A stretch of DNA of 27,651 nucleotides from Candidatus Zipacnadia bacterium. Lineage in GTDB: Bacteria; Armatimonadota; Zipacnadia; Zipacnadales; Zipacnadaceae. Numbering within the stretch: the stretch's first letter is position 1; each line of letters opens with the position of its first letter. The notes beneath the pieces were generated by a model. It was not told the origin of the DNA and did no database searches. It saw nothing but the letters and a program-made list of their open reading frames with translations. The stretch spans positions 1 to 27,651 of the forward strand of contig JALGTJ010000007.1 of the NCBI GenBank assembly GCA_029821415.1. The letters run 5' to 3'. The translations under genes and the position numbers were made by a program. Below, in pieces: positions 8,150 through 18,273 of the stretch.

Positions 8150-8545
8150 TTAGCGTTTGGAGAACTGCTTGGCGCGACGCGCTTTGCGAAATCCGGCATG
8201 CTTGCGCTCCTTGACGCGGGCATCACGGGTCAGCAGGCCCTCCTGGCTGAGGACAGTACGAAACTCCTCGTTCTCCTTTACCAGAGCCTTGGCAATCCCG
8301 TGGCGCAGTGCACCAGCCTGGCCCACAATGCCGCCACCGAGAACCTTGGCCTCCACATCGTACTGCCCAACGGTATCAGTGACCCGAAAAGGCTCCTGAA
8401 CCATCTGGATCAGGGAGTAGCGATGCAAATACTCCTCCGCCGGCCTGCCGTTAACAATGATCGTGCCACTGCCTGGCTGCAGCCACACCTTGGCAACAGC
8501 ATCTTTACGCTTGCCTGTACCATAATCAGCTTGTGCTTCGGCCAA
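8150..8545 (-). CDS. rpsI: 30S ribosomal protein S9
   Basis: [58 protein letters not shown] start at 8545 chosen from the GGAGG RBS; the track uses ATG 8569. Confidence 0.97.
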   Translation of the reverse strand: MAEAQADYGTGKRKDAVAKVWLQPGSGTIIVNGRPAEEYLHRYSLIQMVQEPFRVTDTVGQYDVEAKVLGGGIVGQAGALRHGIAKALVKENEEFRTVLSQEGLLTRDARVKERKHAGFRKARRAKQFSKR

Positions 8546-8590
8546 TCTTGCCTGCCTCCTTGAGCCCATAACGGAAAATGGAATTCAGTG

Positions 8591-9037
8591 TCAAATTTCT
8601 GCCAACTCCAGCGGCTGAGGCTGCTGAGCCTGGTGGGGATGGTCAGGACCAACATAGACTTTCAGCTTCCGGCCCATCTTACGCCCCAGCGGGTTGTGGG
8701 GCAGCATGCCCAGTATTGCCCGCCGTACTATTTCCTCCGGGGAGCGTCCCATGAGCTGCTCAGCCGTCTCTACCTTCAAGCCGCCCGGAAAGCTCGAGTG
8801 GCGGTAATATTTCTTGTTCGCCAGCTTATTACCGGTAAGAACTATCTTCTCGGCATCTGTGATAATCACGAAGTCGCCAGTGTCAACATGCCGAGTATAT
8901 TCCGGCTTGTGCTTGCCCATAAGAATACGAGCAACACGAGAGGCCAGTCGGCCTAGCCGCTGCCCAGCAGCACTGATGACCCACCAGTCTTGTTGCACTT
9001 CATCTTGTTTCATTGAGTTAGTCTTCAAGTTGCCCAT
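8591..9037 (-). CDS. rplM: 50S ribosomal protein L13
   Basis: LGRLASRVARILMGKHKPEYTRHVDTGDFVII, GMLPHNPLGR, LKVYVGPDHPHQAQQP. Confidence 0.98.
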   Translation of the reverse strand: MGNLKTNSMKQDEVQQDWWVISAAGQRLGRLASRVARILMGKHKPEYTRHVDTGDFVIITDAEKIVLTGNKLANKKYYRHSSFPGGLKVETAEQLMGRSPEEIVRRAILGMLPHNPLGRKMGRKLKVYVGPDHPHQAQQPQPLELAEI

Positions 9038-9115
9038 ATTACACTGCCCTTTCGTCGCTCAATCACTCGCGCGAGAAAGCCAACACTAACGGGCTGTACC
9101 AACCGGTCACATCTG

Positions 9116-9862
9116 CTAGTAACTCACCTTTACCAACCACAGTCCACAGCCCGGCGCCGTCGGACCCGCCCGCGCACGATCTCGGCTGGCTAGAATCTCA
9201 GCCACTGCTAACGGCTCCCAGCGTCCCCGCCCGACTTCCACCAACGTTCCTGCGATAATACGTACCATCTTATACAAAAAGCCATCGGCCTGCACATAGA
9301 CCCTCACCATCTCATCGTCTTGACTGACCTCAAGCCGGTCAATAAGACGCACCATATCTGTTACCGAACCGCCCGCGGCGCAAAAAGCGCTAAAGTCATG
9401 CCGACCCAACAGTGTCCGCGCCGCCTGTCCCATCGCCCTGACATCCAGTGGTTCGGCGATATGCCAGGCGTAGCGCCCTATGAATGGCGAGCTGGTCCGC
9501 CGATTAAGAATCTGGTAACAGTACAGCTTGCGCCGGGCGTCATAGCGCGCATCAAACTCCAATTCCACTTCCCGCGCCTCCACCACACCGACCGCGACCG
9601 GTAGCCGCTCGTCCACCGCCCTGGCCAAGTTGCTGACTGGGATAGGGCTGGGACTTTCAAAGGTCACGACCTGGCCCAGGGCATGAACTCCAGCGTCAGT
9701 GCGACTGGCCCCCCGAATGGTGACCGGATGCCCAAGCACCGCCACCAATGCCTGCTGCAGCTCGCCTTGGATCGTCTTCGCGTTAGGCTGAATCTGAAAT
9801 CCGGCATAGTCACTGCCATCATACTGGACGGTCAGCATCAGCTTACGCATCGCTGTCATCAA
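9116..9862 (-). CDS. truA: tRNA pseudouridine(38-40) synthase TruA
   Basis: YDGSDYAGFQIQ, GASRTDAGVHALGQV, HDFSAF, GFLYKMVRIIAGTL, AGPTAPGCGLWL. Confidence 0.97.
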   Translation of the reverse strand: MMTAMRKLMLTVQYDGSDYAGFQIQPNAKTIQGELQQALVAVLGHPVTIRGASRTDAGVHALGQVVTFESPSPIPVSNLARAVDERLPVAVGVVEAREVELEFDARYDARRKLYCYQILNRRTSSPFIGRYAWHIAEPLDVRAMGQAARTLLGRHDFSAFCAAGGSVTDMVRLIDRLEVSQDDEMVRVYVQADGFLYKMVRIIAGTLVEVGRGRWEPLAVAEILASRDRARAGPTAPGCGLWLVKVSY

Positions 9863-9892
9863 GCCGGACTCGGAAGCGTGACGAAACTATAC

Positions 9893-10246
9893 TTATTCGA
9901 CCAGTTCAAGGATAGCCATTTCGGCTTGATCCCCGCGGCGCTGGCCGGCACGAATGATACGCGTATAGCCACCGGGGCGCTCAGTGTAGCGCGGCGCGAT
10001 TTGCGTGAACAGGTAATCGACCAAATCCTGATCGTTGATCAATCGCAACACCTGGCGGCGAGCCGCCAGATCACCACGCTTGGCCTTGGTAATAATCTTT
10101 TCGGCTATCGGGGCAGCCTGTTTGGCCTTTACTACTGTAGTCTTTATGCGATTGTGACGCAGCAAGGCATCAACCACTCCCCGTAGTAGAGCCTTGCGCT
10201 GATCACTCGGTCTTCCCAGTTGTTTCCCAGCTTTGCGATGTCGCAT
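9893..10246 (-). CDS. rplQ: 50S ribosomal protein L17
   Basis: MRHRKAGKQLGR...IKTTVVKAK...RPGGYTRII...RRGDQAEMAILELV; start at MRHR (10246). Confidence 0.98.
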   Translation of the reverse strand: MRHRKAGKQLGRPSDQRKALLRGVVDALLRHNRIKTTVVKAKQAAPIAEKIITKAKRGDLAARRQVLRLINDQDLVDYLFTQIAPRYTERPGGYTRIIRAGQRRGDQAEMAILELVE

Positions 10247-10288
10247 TATGTTAACCTCGTAGAGAGTGCTTCCGCGGGTCACCACCCG

Positions 10289-11281
10289 CTATTCGTCCTG
10301 CTCATCCTGATCGGGTTGCGCCAACGAAAGCCCAAACTTGGCCAGCTTCTCGATAACTTGCTCCAGCGAACGTTCGCCGAAATTACCAATTCCCAACAGA
10401 TCCTTCTCTGTATGCGCCACCAGCTCACCGATTGTCTGGATGTTTGACTTCTTCAAACAGTTGAGCGCACGGACGGTCAGATCCAACTCCTCAATGGGCA
10501 GGGCCAGTGTCTTGTCATAGACTTCCGCCTCGGCCTCCTCCAGCTTGGCTTCCGCCTCCTCTTTAGGTACTGCAGCAAAGACGGCCAGATACTCCTGGAC
10601 AATGGCAGCAGCCTGCCGCAGCGCCTCATCAGGCATAACCGTCCCGTCCCCCCATAGCTCCAGAGTCAGCCGGTCCAGGTCGGTACGACCCCCGATGCGT
10701 GTAGGCTCAACATGGTAAGCAACGCGAGGAATCGGTGAGAAAAGCGCATCCACCGGAATGACGTCAATCGGCGTGCTTTGTCGGTCACGCGCCTCCACTG
10801 GTAGGTAACCCTTACCTTCCCTAACCCACATCTCCATATACAGCTTACCATCTTCCTCAGTTATGTCCGCTATGTGTAAATCCGGGTTGACCACTTCCAA
10901 CTCCGGCGGACACTGCACATGTGCCCCGGTTACCTCCTGGGGACCGGTCGCCTCGATAGTTAACTTGTAGCTTGCCTCCTCATCAGCCTCAAGCTGCGGC
11001 CTTACGCCATTGGCCCACCTAATCACCAGCTCTTTGATATTCAATATTAGTTCGGTACTGTCTTCAGCAAGACCGGGAATGGTGCTAAACTCGTGACGTA
11101 CACCTTCGATCCTAATATCAGTAACGGTCAGGCCAGGTAAGTGAGCCAACAGCACTCGTCGAAAAGCATTACCCAAAGTGTGACCGAAACCCCGCTCCAG
11201 CGGCTCTATCGAAAAACGACCGTACTTTTCGTCAAGTTCAAGTATGACAATCTCAGGCTTGACCCCTGCAAGCATATTCAC
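10289..11281 (-). CDS. rpoA: RNA polymerase alpha subunit
   Basis: GRFSIEPLERGFGHTLGNAFRRVLL, HEFSTIPG, VDALFSPI, ELDLTVRALNCLK. Confidence 0.98.
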   Translation of the reverse strand: MNMLAGVKPEIVILELDEKYGRFSIEPLERGFGHTLGNAFRRVLLAHLPGLTVTDIRIEGVRHEFSTIPGLAEDSTELILNIKELVIRWANGVRPQLEADEEASYKLTIEATGPQEVTGAHVQCPPELEVVNPDLHIADITEEDGKLYMEMWVREGKGYLPVEARDRQSTPIDVIPVDALFSPIPRVAYHVEPTRIGGRTDLDRLTLELWGDGTVMPDEALRQAAAIVQEYLAVFAAVPKEEAEAKLEEAEAEVYDKTLALPIEELDLTVRALNCLKKSNIQTIGELVAHTEKDLLGIGNFGERSLEQVIEKLAKFGLSLAQPDQDEQDE

Positions 11282-11367
11282 GACTCCTCACTTGTCGTAT
11301 TCAGCTTCCGCTCAGTTCCTTGTAACAGACGACTGATCACCAAAGCCCTTGGCCACCAGCCGGTCAA

Positions 11368-11997
11368 CTATCGTGAGTAGAACTCCATGACTAACTGTTC
11401 GTCAACGTCCAGGCGAATCTCGTCTCGCTCGGGCAGGCCGAGAATGTCTACAACACGCTCTTCCCGATCTACTTGTAGCCAGCTCAGGCTCTCGCCGGAG
11501 GTGCTAGCCAGGGCTTCCTCAATAGGCTGAAGGTTCTTACTGCCGTTCCTTGCCTCTATACGGTTGCCAACTTTTACCAAATATGAGGGGATATTGACCA
11601 CTTGCCCATCCACCGCGAAATGACGGTGGTTCACCATCTGTCGAGCTTGCGCACGACTGCTGGCCAAGCCGGCTCGATAGATGACGTTGTCCAAGCGTCG
11701 CTCCAGCAGTTGTAGCAGATTGTTTCCGCTGATTCCCGGCATGTTCTCGGCATCACGAACGTAACGCCGAAACTGTTCTTCACTGACGCCATAGATATGG
11801 CGCAGTTTCTGTTTTTCGCGGAGCTGCTTGCTGTAATCACTGACTCGATACCGCCGTGAGCCCTGGCCCCGGTGCCCAGGAGGATAACTCTTACGCTCCA
11901 TAGCACACTTAGGACCATAACAGCGCTGCCCCTTAAGAAATAACTTCTGGCCGGCCCGACGACACAGCCTGCAAACAGGACCGTGTTGCTGGCTCAT
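11368..11997 (-). CDS. rpsD: 30S ribosomal protein S4 (Zn-binding form)
   Basis: CRLCRRAGQKLFLKGQRC...KC, QLREKQK, LLERRLDNVIYR, ARQMVNH, EQLVMEFYSR; ATG 11997 follows GGAGGTGA. Confidence 0.98.
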   Translation of the reverse strand: MSQQHGPVCRLCRRAGQKLFLKGQRCYGPKCAMERKSYPPGHRGQGSRRYRVSDYSKQLREKQKLRHIYGVSEEQFRRYVRDAENMPGISGNNLLQLLERRLDNVIYRAGLASSRAQARQMVNHRHFAVDGQVVNIPSYLVKVGNRIEARNGSKNLQPIEEALASTSGESLSWLQVDREERVVDILGLPERDEIRLDVDEQLVMEFYSR

Positions 11998-12090
11998 TAA
12001 CAACGTTCACCTCCGAATGACAACCTGCCAATCGACAGTTCATCAGCTCTTACGCTCTCAGTTTTTCTTGCATAACACAATCGCAAAGGC

Positions 12091-12483
12091 CTACACCCGG
12101 CGCCGTTTCTTAGGCCGGCATCCGTTGTGGGGGACAGGGGTAACATCCTTGATCTCGCCGATATCAATACCAGCCGCCTGCAGCGCCCGAATGGCAGTCT
12201 CGCGACCCGAACCGGGCCCCTTGGTGAAAACGTCCACCTTGGACATACCAAACTCCTTAGCCTGACGCGCAACGCTCTCCGCGGCCAACTGAGCGGCAAA
12301 GCTAGTGCCTTTTTTTGTCCCGGTGAAGCCAATTGTGCCACCACTAGCCCAGCACAGCGTATTACCTGCAGGATCAGTGATAGTTACAATAGTATTGTTG
12401 TATGTTGATTTGATGCACGCCCGCCCGTAAGGTACTCGTTTGGTGATCTTGCGGCGGCGCGAACTTGTTTGATTGCGACGCAT
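12091..12483 (-). CDS. rpsK: 30S ribosomal protein S11
   Basis: [42 protein letters not shown]. Confidence 0.98.
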   Translation of the reverse strand: MRRNQTSSRRRKITKRVPYGRACIKSTYNNTIVTITDPAGNTLCWASGGTIGFTGTKKGTSFAAQLAAESVARQAKEFGMSKVDVFTKGPGSGRETAIRALQAAGIDIGEIKDVTPVPHNGCRPKKRRRV

Positions 12484-12531
12484 TGCTCTGCCTCCGTTAA
12501 TAGCTCAACCGGCGAACCCGTGTACCTGACA

Positions 12532-12915
12532 CTATTTAGGTCCTGGTGCCCGCTTCCGACCCGCCACGGTCTTCTTACGCCCCTTGCGAGTGCGGGCATT
12601 GGTCTTAGTCCGCTGTCCCCGAACAGGTAGCCCACGGCGGTGGCGGATGCCGCGGTAGGAGCCAATTTCCATTAACCGCTGGATATGAGCGTGCACCTCG
12701 CGGCGCTTTTTACCTTCGATCGTGTAGTCACGGTCAATGATCTCACGCAGCCGGGCTGCATCTTCTTCACTAAGCTCGTACATTCGGGTGCCAGCGTCAA
12801 TTCCTGCCTTTGCCACTATGGCTTCGGCACTGCTCCGCCCGATACCATAGATATAGGTCAAGGCAATATGGACTGGTTTGTCTCGGGGCAAGTCAACTCC
12901 CGCTATTCTGGGCAC
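12532..12915 (-). CDS. rpsM: 30S ribosomal protein S13
   Basis: [44 protein letters not shown]. Confidence 0.98.
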   Translation of the reverse strand: MPRIAGVDLPRDKPVHIALTYIYGIGRSSAEAIVAKAGIDAGTRMYELSEEDAARLREIIDRDYTIEGKKRREVHAHIQRLMEIGSYRGIRHRRGLPVRGQRTKTNARTRKGRKKTVAGRKRAPGPK

Positions 12916-12933
12916 TGTCCATTCCTCCCTGAG

Positions 12934-13047
12934 TTATCCCTGGCGCTGCTTGTGGCGGGGGTTGGAACAAATCACATAGACCCGCCCCCGTCGGCGCACG
13001 ATTTTGCACTTGTCACAACGCTTTTTCACTGAAGCTTGAACCTTCAC
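12934..13047 (-). CDS. rpmJ: 50S ribosomal protein L36 (Zn-binding form)
   Basis: Too short for the ORF track. Manual translation from GTG 13047: [37 protein letters not shown], with GGAGG RBS. Confidence 0.97.
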   Translation of the reverse strand: MKVQASVKKRCDKCKIVRRRGRVYVICSNPRHKQRQG

Positions 13048-13085
13048 AACAATATCCTCCTCATTATCTGAGACCGGTTACCAAC

Positions 13086-13107
13086 CTTGCCCTCTGTGGA
13101 GGGCAAG
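13086..13107. other. 9-bp perfect inverted repeat between infA and rpmJ (possible mRNA hairpin or weak terminator)
   Basis: CTTGCCCTC-TGTG-GAGGGCAAG; no clear U-tract on the coding strand. Confidence 0.4.
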
Positions 13108-13126
13108 TGGCCCCGAGAAGCATTGG

Positions 13127-13360
13127 TCACTTGTGCAGCCAAGTAATGCGTGCTCGCGTCACATCATACGGCGACAGCTCCACCGTAACCTTATCACCCG
13201 GCAAGATACGAATATAGTTGCTGCGCATCTTGCCGGATAGATGGGCGAGTACCTCGTGCCCATTTTCCAGTTCTACATTGAACTGGGCATTGGGCAATTT
13301 ATCTACTACTCGCCCTATCACGCGAATTTTTTTGTCACGCTTTCCAGTATCCTGAGACAT
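13127..13360 (-). CDS. infA: Translation initiation factor IF-1
   Basis: [45 protein letters not shown]; overlaps the map 3' end by 26 nt. Confidence 0.97.
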   Translation of the reverse strand: MSQDTGKRDKKIRVIGRVVDKLPNAQFNVELENGHEVLAHLSGKMRSNYIRILPGDKVTVELSPYDVTRARITWLHK

Positions 13361-14162
13361 CCGATAGCAACTTAGCCCCTTCTGCCAGAGTCAAAATTAG
13401 CGGCTCCGAGTCGGTTACCACTACATCATGTTCAAAGTGTGCCGACAGCTCACCGTCGGCTGTGCGCACCGTCCAACCATCCTCTTTATCCACCTGGACC
13501 TGTGCTGTTCCCACATTGACCATCGGTTCGATGGCCAAGACCATTCCCGGCTGCAAAACCAGCTCGTAATCCTCAAACGCTCCTGGACTGTAGAAATTCG
13601 GGATCTGCGGCGGCTCATGCAACTGCTGGCCGATCCCATGTCCTGTCAACTGCCGAACTACGCTATAGCCACGGCTCTCTACATACTCCTGGATAGCCTT
13701 AGAGATCTGCTTCAGCCTATTGCCCGCCCGAGCTTGCGCTATACCTGCCATCAGCGCCCCTTGCGTAGCGTCAAGCAGTCCATGATACTCACCTGGCTGG
13801 CCGACGACAGTAGTGAAGGCGGCGTCGCCATGGTAACCATCGTAGCAGGCCCCCAGGTCAACGCCCACCACTTGCCCCACCTCCAGTACAGTGTCATCAG
13901 GAATTCCATGGACCACCACATCATCAATCTGAATACAGGTCGCCGCAGGATAACCCTGGTATCCCTTAAATGAGGGCAGCGCTCCCCGAGCTCGGATGTG
14001 GGCCTCCGCCAATTTGTCAAGTTCCAATGTAGTCACGCCGGGCGCAATCTGCGCGCGTACCAATTCCAGCGTCTCTCCAACAATCTGCCCAGCAACTTTG
14101 AGCTTCTCCAGCTCCTCTTCTGAGCGCCGCGCCACACGCCGACTGCCGGCTCTCTTAGCCAC
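13335..14162 (-). CDS. map: Methionine aminopeptidase type I
   Basis: [46 protein letters not shown]. Confidence 0.97.
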   Translation of the reverse strand: MAKRAGSRRVARRSEEELEKLKVAGQIVGETLELVRAQIAPGVTTLELDKLAEAHIRARGALPSFKGYQGYPAATCIQIDDVVVHGIPDDTVLEVGQVVGVDLGACYDGYHGDAAFTTVVGQPGEYHGLLDATQGALMAGIAQARAGNRLKQISKAIQEYVESRGYSVVRQLTGHGIGQQLHEPPQIPNFYSPGAFEDYELVLQPGMVLAIEPMVNVGTAQVQVDKEDGWTVRTADGELSAHFEHDVVVTDSEPLILTLAEGAKLLSDVSGYWKA

Positions 14163-14164
14163 CG

Positions 14165-14830
14165 TCAGTAGGACCGCCTTCCCCGCGCTATCTGTGCAAG
14201 CTCTGCGCTGAGCTGGTGCTGATCCTGCTCAGCATCAACGGTCACGAGCTGGCCGCGCTGTCTATAATACTCAATCAACGGCGCAGAGTCCTGTTTATAA
14301 ACCTTCAGCCGATTACGAATCGCTTCCGGCCGGTCATCACTGCGAAGATAAAGCTCGCCCCCACACTGCGGGCATTTGTCCCCAACATCCAGGCCGTCAC
14401 GGCGGACATTGTATATCGTTCCGCAATCCGGGCACATCCGCCGCCCACTTAGCCGCCGCACTACCTCGGCATCACTGATCGCCAAATTGATCACCAGGGG
14501 CTGCTCGCGACCTACCCTCTCAAACATCGCAGTTAGTGCCTCTGCCTGAGCAATAGTGCGCGGAAAGCCGTCAAGCAGAAAGTGCTCCTCGTCGCCGAGC
14601 TGCTCCATTCGCTCTGCAACCAGACTAATGACCAGACCGTCGGGCACCAGTTCGCCTGCCTCCATGTAGCTTTTCGCCTGTTTGCCCAAGTCACTGCCCT
14701 TAGCTACTGCTGCTCGCAACAGATCTCCAGTGGACAGATGCGTATAGCTCATGTGCGTTTTCAAATACTCGGCATGGGTACCCTTACCGGCTCCCGGTGG
14801 GCCCAACAATATCAGGTCTCGCTGTGCCAT
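14165..14830 (-). CDS. adk: Adenylate kinase (Zn-lid type)
   Basis: GPPGAGKGT, STGDLLR, LDGFPRT, RRMCPDCG...CPQCGGELYLRSDD. Confidence 0.98.
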   Translation of the reverse strand: MAQRDLILLGPPGAGKGTHAEYLKTHMSYTHLSTGDLLRAAVAKGSDLGKQAKSYMEAGELVPDGLVISLVAERMEQLGDEEHFLLDGFPRTIAQAEALTAMFERVGREQPLVINLAISDAEVVRRLSGRRMCPDCGTIYNVRRDGLDVGDKCPQCGGELYLRSDDRPEAIRNRLKVYKQDSAPLIEYYRQRGQLVTVDAEQDQHQLSAELAQIARGRRSY

Positions 14831-14886
14831 TGACTACTTATCCTTTATCACCCACCTCAAGGCCGCCTAAATGTCGTCACTGTCAA

Positions 14887-16230
14887 CTAACCATGCAGGA
14901 AACCACGGTAGTGGCGCATCAGTAGTTGCGCCTCCACCTGCTGCATCGTATCAAGAGCTACCCCGACAATAATCAGCACGGAGGTGCCGCCGACCAGAGT
15001 GAAGGTTTGCACCCCGGTTATCGGCCCCACATAATATTGCATTAGCGCTACGATACCCAGGAAAACGGCCCCGGCCAGAGTAATGCGGTACAGGATCTTG
15101 TCCAAATAGTCCCGAGTCTTCTCGCCAGGCCGGATCCCCGGCACTGCACCGCCGTTCTTCTGCAGGTTCTCGGCAATCTCTTCGGGATTAAAAGTAACTG
15201 CCGTATAGAAATAGGTAAACAGAATTACCAGAACAAAGTACAGAAACGATGCGAAATGATTACTTTGGCTTGGTGTGGTAAAGTTGATTATTGTCTGAAT
15301 AGCGCTGTAGATGCTCTCGTCGGAGAACCCCAAACGGCCAACAAGGTGCACAATCTTGTCGTTCATCAAGAATTGTCCGATTTGCGCCGGAAACATTGCC
15401 ACAGCAATGGCGAAGATAATAGGCATCACGCCCGCCTGGTTGACCCGCAGAGGCAAATAGCTTGTCTGGCCACCGTACACACGGGTGCCTCTGATCCGCT
15501 TGGCATACTGGACCGGAATCTTGCGTTCGGCCTGTTGCACCTTGATAATGCCGTAGATCATCCCTACGAATAGAACCGCCAGGAACAAGATATTACCGAT
15601 GGCGATCTGACCAGCTACAAGCATCTGCACGGTAGTGGCCAACTGCTGGGGCAACGCGGTCATTATGCCCACGAAGATTATCAATGATACGCCCTGGCCG
15701 ATGCCGTATTCGGTGATCTGATCGGCAATATACATCAGAAATAGCCCGCCGGCCACCATCATAATTACATCAAAGACAATAATCATCGGCCCACCCTGGA
15801 ATGCGCCCATGGTGCCGAAGAATCCAATCATTCCAATGCCCTGTATCAGACAGATGCCGACGGTGGTGTACTTGGTCCATTGGCGAATTTTGCGCTGGCC
15901 CCATTCACCCTCTTTTTGCAATTGTTCGAGAGAGGGGACCGCCATCACCAGGAGCTGGAAGATAATTGAGGCGGTGATATAGGGCATTATACCCAGTGCT
16001 AGTATAGAAAATCGCTTTAGTGAGCCACCAGCAAAAGCATTGAGCAACCCGCCGATACCCCCGCCAAATGCCCCAGAGAACAACCGCTCCATAGCCTCCT
16101 TGTTGACTCCCGGCAGAGGCACATGTGCGCAGGCCACGTAGACGCCAAACATCACCATTACGTACAGTATGCGCTTACGCACATCAGGCAGACGCATCGC
16201 CTGGGCCAGGTTGCCAATCCGTTCCTGCAT
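14887..16230 (-). CDS. secY: Preprotein translocase SecY
   Basis: FSILALGIMPYITASIIFQLL, ITEYGIGQGVSLIIF, RKIPVQYAKR, YLPLRVNQAGVMPIIFA, IPGIRPGEKT-like VPGIRPGEKT, GGTSVLIIVGV. Confidence 0.99.
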   Translation of the reverse strand: MQERIGNLAQAMRLPDVRKRILYVMVMFGVYVACAHVPLPGVNKEAMERLFSGAFGGGIGGLLNAFAGGSLKRFSILALGIMPYITASIIFQLLVMAVPSLEQLQKEGEWGQRKIRQWTKYTTVGICLIQGIGMIGFFGTMGAFQGGPMIIVFDVIMMVAGGLFLMYIADQITEYGIGQGVSLIIFVGIMTALPQQLATTVQMLVAGQIAIGNILFLAVLFVGMIYGIIKVQQAERKIPVQYAKRIRGTRVYGGQTSYLPLRVNQAGVMPIIFAIAVAMFPAQIGQFLMNDKIVHLVGRLGFSDESIYSAIQTIINFTTPSQSNHFASFLYFVLVILFTYFYTAVTFNPEEIAENLQKNGGAVPGIRPGEKTRDYLDKILYRITLAGAVFLGIVALMQYYVGPITGVQTFTLVGGTSVLIIVGVALDTMQQVEAQLLMRHYRGFLHG

Positions 16231-16688
16231 CAGTCAATAACCTCCACGGTCCCGCCAGCCGCTTCGATCTTCTCACACGCCGATCTGCTAAAGGCATGAG
16301 CCTTAACATCGAGCTTGCACGACAGCTCGCCATCGCCCAGTATCTTCACCCCATCACCAATCTTGGAGATAAGACCCCTGTCCAGCAGCACTTGCGGCGA
16401 GACTACGCTGCCCTCGTCAAACCGCTCCAGGTCGCGGACATTCACAATCTGATACTCTTTGCGGAATATGCCGATATTCTGAGCCTTGTTGCTCTGCCCC
16501 CGAAGCTTAGGCAAGCGGCGATACAGCGGCGTCTGCCCCCCCTCAAAGCCCGGTTTAACACTCGAGTGCTGCTTCTGGCCCTTCTGGCCACGGCCACAGG
16601 TCTTACCCTGACCGGCACTGATACCGCGGCCCTTGCGCTTGGCCGACTTATGCCTCGCCTTATTTGGCTTCACGTCAGACAAATCCAT
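16230..16688 (-). CDS. rplO: 50S ribosomal protein L15
   Basis: KRKGRGISAGQGKTCGRGQKGQK, GFEGGQTPLYRRLPK, VKILGDGEL, KIEAAGG. Confidence 0.98.
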   Translation of the reverse strand: MDLSDVKPNKARHKSAKRKGRGISAGQGKTCGRGQKGQKQHSSVKPGFEGGQTPLYRRLPKLRGQSNKAQNIGIFRKEYQIVNVRDLERFDEGSVVSPQVLLDRGLISKIGDGVKILGDGELSCKLDVKAHAFSRSACEKIEAAGGTVEVID

Positions 16689-16785
16689 ATTTACTCGCTT
16701 TCCCTCCGTCTGTTTGTTGCCCAGCTCCCCACCAGCGTTTTCTCATCCGACCTCTGACAAATCTGATCGATCCGACTCGGAGAAC

Positions 16786-17160
16786 TCAGAACTTCAAGCC
16801 GGCCTCCCGAGCGGCCTCAGCCAGAGCGGCAACCTTGCCGTGGTAAGGCCAACCCGCCCGGTCAAAGACGACCTGCTGGATGCCCTTGTCAAGTGCTCGT
16901 TTTGCCACAGCCTCACCAACAGCCACGGCAGCGGCAATGTTAGCCGTACCTGATAGCCCCGCGCTGATCTGCTTGTCAAGGGTACTGGCAGCCACCAGCG
17001 TGTGACCGGAAGTGTCATCAATTACCTGAGCATAGATGTGTTTAAGCGACTTGGTGACACACAACCGAGGGCGCTGCGAGGTGCCCCTGATTTTCGCACG
17101 ACCTCGCATCTGCCGCCGGCGTCGAGCTGTTCTTCTGTCTCGTTCTTGACTCACAGTCAA
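16786..17160 (-). CDS. rplR: 50S ribosomal protein L18
   Basis: [48 protein letters not shown]. Confidence 0.98.
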   Translation of the reverse strand: MTVSQERDRRTARRRRQMRGRAKIRGTSQRPRLCVTKSLKHIYAQVIDDTSGHTLVAASTLDKQISAGLSGTANIAAAVAVGEAVAKRALDKGIQQVVFDRAGWPYHGKVAALAEAAREAGLKF

Positions 17161-17199
17161 CCTTCCTTAACCAGAGTACAGCCCCGCTCGCACGCTTGC

Positions 17200-17763
17200 T
17201 TACTCCACACCGATTTTAGCTTGCTTGCCAGGCTTACGACGGGGCTGCTCGTCAACATATTTGATACCCCGCCACTGCGTTCCCTTTGCCCAATACGGAC
17301 TTACCGGCCCGACTGCCCGAATGTCAGCAGCCATCTGTCCAACCACCTGCTTATCAATGCCCCGTACCACAATCTGATTATTATCGCTAATCTCGATCTC
17401 TGTACCTTCCAGAGGCTCAATGACCACATCGTGGGACAGACCGACATAAAGCCGCAGGTTTTTGCCCTGCATCTGGGCACGATAGCCCACGCCTTGGTAT
17501 TCCAAACGTTTTTCAAAGCCGTTGACCACGCCTGTGACCATATTCGCGACCAAAGCCCTGGCCAGTCCGTGCAGGGCACGGTACTTCTTCTGTTCCGCAG
17601 CCCGGGTAAAGATAATCCGGCCCTCACTAACGGTCGCGCTGATTCCCTCGGGTAGCCGCCGGCACAGCTCTCCCCGTGGTCCCTTGATCGTCACCACGTT
17701 GTCTTTGATGTCAACCTCGACATCATCGGGTATCGTAATTGGCGCTTCACCTATACGCGACAT
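17200..17763 (-). CDS. rplF: 50S ribosomal protein L6
   Basis: MSRIGEAPITIP, VTIKGPRGEL, ALHGLARALVANMVTGV, GVGYRA, GIDKQVVGQ. Confidence 0.98.
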   Translation of the reverse strand: MSRIGEAPITIPDDVEVDIKDNVVTIKGPRGELCRRLPEGISATVSEGRIIFTRAAEQKKYRALHGLARALVANMVTGVVNGFEKRLEYQGVGYRAQMQGKNLRLYVGLSHDVVIEPLEGTEIEISDNNQIVVRGIDKQVVGQMAADIRAVGPVSPYWAKGTQWRGIKYVDEQPRRKPGKQAKIGVE

Positions 17764-17809
17764 ATTCGTTTGCTCCTCAGCGTTTGATCACAAGTGTGTC
17801 TCCGCGGCG

Positions 17810-18205
17810 CTACCACAGCTCACAGATTACCTCTCCACCGGTACCTGCGCGGCGGGCCTGTTTTGCACTCATAACACCTTGACTGGTAGAGACAATAGCT
17901 ATCCCGATACCTCCAAGCACACGAGGCAGTTCGTCTTTGGCCCTATACACTCGTCGGCCAGGTTTACTGACCCGACGGCAGCCAGCCATTACCGGCCGGT
18001 TCTGTTCATCATACTTCAGGCGCAGCCGCAAGTCCCGGCCGTGGTTGACCAGTTGAAAGCCCCGTAGATAGCCTTCTTCATGCAGAATCTTAGCAATGGC
18101 CATTTTCATCTTAGACCTAGGCACATCCACACTGGTACGGCGCGCATTATAGCCATTACGAATACGATTGAGCATATCTGCTATCGGATCGGTTACGACA
18201 CCCAT
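17810..18205 (-). CDS. rpsH: 30S ribosomal protein S8
   Basis: TDPIADMLNRIRN, RVSKPGRRVY, GIAIVSTSQGVMS, GGEVICELW. Confidence 0.98.
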   Translation of the reverse strand: MGVVTDPIADMLNRIRNGYNARRTSVDVPRSKMKMAIAKILHEEGYLRGFQLVNHGRDLRLRLKYDEQNRPVMAGCRRVSKPGRRVYRAKDELPRVLGGIGIAIVSTSQGVMSAKQARRAGTGGEVICELW

Positions 18206-18273
18206 CAGTTACCTCCTGAATCAGCCTGAGCACCTCCATCGCTAGCACCCAGGTCAGCGGTGCCCAGCAGCCA

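Noticed and set aside
9098-11366. Near-identical 12-mer TGACCGG(T/C)TGGT just after the truA and rpsD stops
   Set aside because: Two copies with one mismatch is within chance expectation for the amount of intergenic sequence compared.
13335-13360. 26-nt map/infA overlap and other short overlaps (rpsC/rplP, rplP/rpmC, rplD/rplW)
   Set aside because: Short overlaps reflecting translational coupling are normal in this operon.
16745-16776. 7-bp direct repeat ATCCGAC flanking 18 nt in the spacer where rpsE-rpmD should be (possible deletion scar or TSD)
   Set aside because: A 7-mer repeat within about 100 nt is easily expected by chance, and nothing else supports it.
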